DNA of 41,806 nt. It comes from a virus (taxonomy: Duplodnaviria > Heunggongvirae > Uroviricota > Caudoviricetes). The notes beneath the pieces were generated by a model. The model was not told the DNA's origin. It saw nothing but the letters and a program-made list of their open reading frames with translations, and ran no database searches. The DNA lies in IMG/VR virus record IMGVR_UViG_2711768061_000003, positions 1 to 41,806 of that record. One strand, 5' to 3'. Positions 38,420 through 41,806 of this stretch are shown here, in pieces. The translations under genes and the position numbers were made by a program. Each line of letters begins with the position of its first letter. Positions within the stretch are counted from its first letter, which is position 1.

Positions 38420-38983
38420 ATGACCATTTCTACAAAAAAGCCTCTTTATGCTGAGGTTCACAATGTTCCTGATGATTATGAGTTCACTGACGAGGAACTA
38501 AACAGAATTATTGCAGGTGATATGTTCACTCCTCGTCAGGACGCAATAATGGCACGGGAGATACAGAAACTCCGCGCCGCCATGCTTCATGGTGCAGAAC
38601 CTGTAAAACAGACTTACAAGTTGCCTCCCCTGTCATCCAGCGAAGTAAACGAAGCGGCATGGAGATTACACAACATGCTGACTGAATGCATCCCTCTAAA
38701 TGGTCATCAGTTCAACAATCTGAAGGGTTGGTTCTATGAGGCGTTAAAGGTCGCAATGCGCAACTATCCGGTAACTCCGGATGGTTGGATAAGATGTAGT
38801 GATCGAATGCCGGAAGACACCAAAATGTTACTGGCATTTAGTCAAGGTGAAATCGTGGCCGCATATTGGAACTGGGTTGTAAATCCAATTGATTACAAAA
38901 AATATAGAGCTTTCACGTATTTATCAGGAAATATCTTGGATGACGTAACTCACTGGATGCCGCTACCAGAGCCTCCACTTTGA
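38420..38983 (+). CDS. DUF551-like domain protein
   Basis: 187-aa ORF; C-terminal WIRCSDRMPE...THWMPLPEPP resembles DUF551 domains common in enterobacterial prophages. Confidence 0.6.
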   Translation: MTISTKKPLYAEVHNVPDDYEFTDEELNRIIAGDMFTPRQDAIMAREIQKLRAAMLHGAEPVKQTYKLPPLSSSEVNEAAWRLHNMLTECIPLNGHQFNNLKGWFYEALKVAMRNYPVTPDGWIRCSDRMPEDTKMLLAFSQGEIVAAYWNWVVNPIDYKKYRAFTYLSGNILDDVTHWMPLPEPPL

Positions 38984-39079
38984 AAGCGAAGCTTATACAT
39001 ATCTTTTACATCAGCAATCTATTGTTAATCTCCAATCAATGTTACGTTGTCATCTCACTCATGCTTTGGAGGTAGTGAT

Positions 39080-39259
39080 ATGTCTTGTCCAAAATGCGGT
39101 TCTGGAAATATTGCAAAAGAAAAAACAATGCGTGGATGGTCTGATGATTATGTGTGCTGCGATTGCGGATACAACGACTCTAAAGACGCATTTGGAGAGC
39201 GTGGTAAAAACGAGTTTGTCAAAATTAATAAAGAACGCGAAGGCAACGAAAAAAGCTAA
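39080..39259 (+). CDS. small zinc-ribbon protein
   Basis: 59-aa product with CPKCGSG...CCDCGY (two CxxC pairs); GAGG RBS upstream of the internal ATG. Confidence 0.5.
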   Translation: MSCPKCGSGNIAKEKTMRGWSDDYVCCDCGYNDSKDAFGERGKNEFVKINKEREGNEKS

Positions 39260-39324
39260 TTTATTTATTCATATATGAAAACAATGTAACCAATATTCGA
39301 ATTGAAGAACTGAAAGAACACCAA

Positions 39325-39347
39325 GCCGCCTGATGGCGGTTTTTTAT
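39325..39347 (+). terminator. putative rho-independent terminator
   Basis: Hairpin GCCGCC-TGAT-GGCGGT followed by a T-run. Confidence 0.5.
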
Positions 39348-39359
39348 TGGAGACAAGAA

Positions 39360-39704
39360 ATGTCAGATTTGGCTATGAAGATTTTGAAATGGCAATCGAC
39401 TGGCGATGTCGGCATCAGTAGCGCAACTCTTGCCTCAATCGCATGTGGACTGAAAAAGAATATCTATGGTCATCACTTCGGCGCTCCACATGACGCAGCC
39501 GATTTCCGACGATGCGTTGCACTTGTTGAGCAGATTCCAGAAATCAGAGATTCATTCAACAAGGTTGCAAAGCGCGTTCCGGCATTCAAAGGAATCCTCA
39601 ACGAATGGGATTCACTCGTTGCTCTGTTGAAGTCTGAAATGAAGATACACGGAAACAAAGCACCAGAGACTTACAGAAGAATTAGCGAGTTACGCAAGGA
39701 CTAA
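39360..39704 (+). CDS. hypothetical protein
   Basis: 114-aa product from an internal ATG with GGAGA RBS, just downstream of the terminator. Confidence 0.5.
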   Translation: MSDLAMKILKWQSTGDVGISSATLASIACGLKKNIYGHHFGAPHDAADFRRCVALVEQIPEIRDSFNKVAKRVPAFKGILNEWDSLVALLKSEMKIHGNKAPETYRRISELRKD

Positions 39705-39763
39705 CCACAGCCTCACATTCGATGAGGCATTTTCATTTATCAAGATATCCAGACCTACCATCG

Positions 39764-39785
39764 CCGCATCAATGCGGTTTTTTAT
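39764..39785 (+). terminator. putative rho-independent terminator upstream of xis
   Basis: Short hairpin (CCGCAT...ATGCGG) followed by TTTTTTATT. Confidence 0.4.
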
Positions 39786-39828
39786 TACCTGATTTGCAGG
39801 TTCGATTCCCTATTCGGAGATAGCACTC

Positions 39829-40029
39829 ATGCAACACGAACTACAGCCTGATTCCCTGGTTGATTTGAAATTCATCATGGCTGATACTGGCTTTGGTAAA
39901 ACCTTCATCTACGACCGGATTAAGTCCGGCGACCTGCCAAAAGCCAAAGTTATCCACGGACGAGCAAGATGGTTATATCGTGACCATTGTGAATTCAAAA
40001 ATAAGCTCTTAAGCCGCGCCAATGGGTAA
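39829..40029 (+). CDS. xis: excisionase/regulator, AlpA family (MerR-like HTH)
   Basis: 66-aa ORF with AlpA-type HTH (DLKFIMADTGFGKTFIYDRIKSGDLPKA); last phage gene before attR; AlpA-type excisionases typically pair with P4-family integrases. Confidence 0.7.
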   Translation: MQHELQPDSLVDLKFIMADTGFGKTFIYDRIKSGDLPKAKVIHGRARWLYRDHCEFKNKLLSRANG

Positions 40030-40101
40030 AATAGCGGGTAAAATATTTCTCACATCTAAAAAACACCATTCCAATCAATCCCCTGCCACCTCAAGTAGAT
40101 G

Positions 40102-40116
40102 TCTGCAGGGGACACC
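40102..40116 (+). other. attR core: 15-nt match to the 3' end of tRNA-Arg (argW-type), CTGCAGGGGACACCA
   Basis: Matches the T-stem 3' half, acceptor 3' strand and ACCA of E. coli argW as recalled; sits between the last phage gene and the host permease gene. Confidence 0.6.
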
Positions 40117-40558
40117 AGATACCCTTCAAACGAAATCTACCTTCACCCCGTAAAAGATGGGTTTGGCAGCACACTTGCCTTATATCTACTCATTTTTACT
40201 GCAACAGGTTGAAATCTCAGCACTGTCAGAAAGCGCTGATGACTAAACAGCCCTGGGCCGGGCGATGTAACCATCACACAGAATCCTGATAGCGAAATAT
40301 GGCGTGACTCGATACTTCACTCCGCAATGCATTCCTTGATGAATTCGCAGGACCGTGATACACGGGACAGGTCACTGAATGACGACAATGTCCTGGAAAT
40401 CAGCGAACCGCGCATCTGAAGTACATTTGAGCGACTGTACCAGAACATGAATGAGGCGTTTGGATTAGGCGATTATTAGCAGGGCTAAGCATTTTACTAT
40501 TATTATTTTCCGGTTGAGGGATATAGAGCTATCGACAACAACCGGAAAAAGTTTACGT

Positions 40559-41806
40559 CTATATTGCTGAAGGTACAGGCGTTTCCATAACTATTTGCTC
40601 GCGTTTTTTACTCAAGAAGAAAATGCCAAATAGCAACATCAGGCAGACAATACCCGAAATTGCGAAGAAAACTGTCTGGTAGCCTGCGTGGTCAAAGAGT
40701 ATCCCAGTCGGCGTTGAAAGCAGCACAATCCCAAGCGAACTGGCAATTTGAAAACCAATCAGAAAGATCGTCGACGACAGGCGCTTATCAAAGTTTGCCA
40801 CGCTGTATTTGAAGACGGATATGACACAAAGTGGAACCTCAATGGCATGTAACAACTTCACTAATGAAATAATCCAGGGGTTAACGAACAGCGCGCAGGA
40901 AAGGATACGCAACGCCATAATCACAACTCCGATAAGTAATGCATTTTTTGGCCCTACCCGATTCACAAAGAAAGGAATAATCGCCATGCACAGCGCTTCG
41001 AGTACCACCTGGAATGAGTTGAGATAACCATACAGGCGCGTTCCTACATCGTGTGATTCGAATAAACCTGCATAAAAGACAGGAAAAAGTTGTTGATCAA
41101 AAATGTTATAGAAAGACCACGTCCCCACAATAAATATGACGAAAACCCAGAAGTTTCGATCCTTGAAAACTGCGATAAAATCCTCTTTTTTTACCCCTCC
41201 CGCATCTGCCGCTACGCACTGGTGATCCTTATCTTTAAAACGCATGTTGATCATCATAAATACAGCGCCAAATAGCGAGACCAACCAGAAGTTGATATGG
41301 GGACTGATACTAAAAAATATGCCGGCAAAGAACGCGCCAATAGCATAGCCAAAAGATCCCCAGGCGCGCGCTGTTCCATATTCGAAATGAAAATTTCGCG
41401 CCATTTTTTCGGTGAAGCTATCAAGCAAACCGCATCCCGCCAGATACCCCAAGCCAAAAAATAGCGCCCCCAGAATTAGACCTACAGAAAAATTGCTTTG
41501 CAGTAACGGTTCATAAACGTAAATCATAAACGGTCCGGTCAAGACCAGGATGAAACTCATACACCAGATGAGCGGTTTCTTCAGACCGAGTTTATCCTGA
41601 ACGATGCCGTAGAACATCATAAATAGAATGCTGGTAAACTGGTTGACCGAATAAAGTGTACCTAATTCCGTCCCTGTCAACCCTAGATGTCCTTTCAGCC
41701 AAATAGCGTATAACGACCACCACAGCGACCAGGAAATAAAAAAGAGAAATGAGTAACTGGATGCAAAACGATAGTACGCATTTCTGAATGGAATATTCAG
41801 TGCCAT
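40559..41806 (-). CDS. cscB: LacY-family oligosaccharide:H+ symporter, sucrose permease CscB-like (host gene)
   Basis: 415-aa 12-TM protein with LacY-family sequence pattern; start codon at the window edge (41806); the csc locus is known to lie near argW in sucrose-positive E. coli. Confidence 0.8.
   Translation of the reverse strand: MALNIPFRNAYYRFASSYSFLFFISWSLWWSLYAIWLKGHLGLTGTELGTLYSVNQFTSILFMMFYGIVQDKLGLKKPLIWCMSFILVLTGPFMIYVYEPLLQSNFSVGLILGALFFGLGYLAGCGLLDSFTEKMARNFHFEYGTARAWGSFGYAIGAFFAGIFFSISPHINFWLVSLFGAVFMMINMRFKDKDHQCVAADAGGVKKEDFIAVFKDRNFWVFVIFIVGTWSFYNIFDQQLFPVFYAGLFESHDVGTRLYGYLNSFQVVLEALCMAIIPFFVNRVGPKNALLIGVVIMALRILSCALFVNPWIISLVKLLHAIEVPLCVISVFKYSVANFDKRLSSTIFLIGFQIASSLGIVLLSTPTGILFDHAGYQTVFFAISGIVCLMLLFGIFFLSKKREQIVMETPVPSAI

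Larger units (their letters stand above)
1..40116. mobile_element. P22-like temperate prophage; left boundary (attL/tRNA) lies outside the window, right boundary at attR
   Basis: Contiguous phage modules in canonical P22-like order (int, tailspike, immI, ejection proteins, head genes, terminase, lysis, nin, replication, immC, PL operon, xis), ending at a tRNA 3'-end remnant followed by a host permease gene. Confidence 0.85.

Overview
The window is almost entirely a P22-like (Lederbergvirus-type) temperate prophage, about 40.1 kb of it, running from an IntS/P4-family integrase at position 1 to a tRNA-Arg 3'-end remnant (attR, 40102-40116). The flanking host gene is a LacY-family sucrose permease (cscB-like, 40559-41806, minus strand). 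All calls come from reading the sequence and ORF translations and comparing them with reference proteins recalled from memory; no searches were run. Gene order left to right: int; an AT-rich O-acetyltransferase moron; tailspike; the immI region (ant, arc, mnt with Mnt and Arc operators); a two-gene cassette translationally coupled to mnt; ejection proteins (gp16/20/7-like), gp14, tail needle, gp10, gp4, coat, scaffold, portal and terminase; a lambda-type lysis cassette (S, R, Rz/Rz1); Q-like antiterminator; nin region (NinH, RusA, YbcO-like, Rha/KilAC, NinF, NinE, Dam, NinB); DnaB-like helicase; replication initiator with internal iterons; cII-like, cro, OR, c2 (P22 immC), OL/PL, nutL, N-like; sieB; kil/c3-like small genes, erf, an SSB-like protein, an Ead/Ea22-like accessory cluster; and an AlpA-type xis. 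The strongest candidate for an undescribed system is the mnt-coupled cassette at 7005-8298 (a 193-aa soluble protein plus a roughly 160-aa membrane protein), which sits in the sieA slot and may be a lysogen-expressed exclusion or defence module. Other notable points are a chimeric tailspike paired with the O-acetyltransferase moron, tRNA-Arg 3'-end homology split in two around xis, and an SSB-like protein ending in DDSIPF. Most small-ORF starts and all regulatory sites are inferences.
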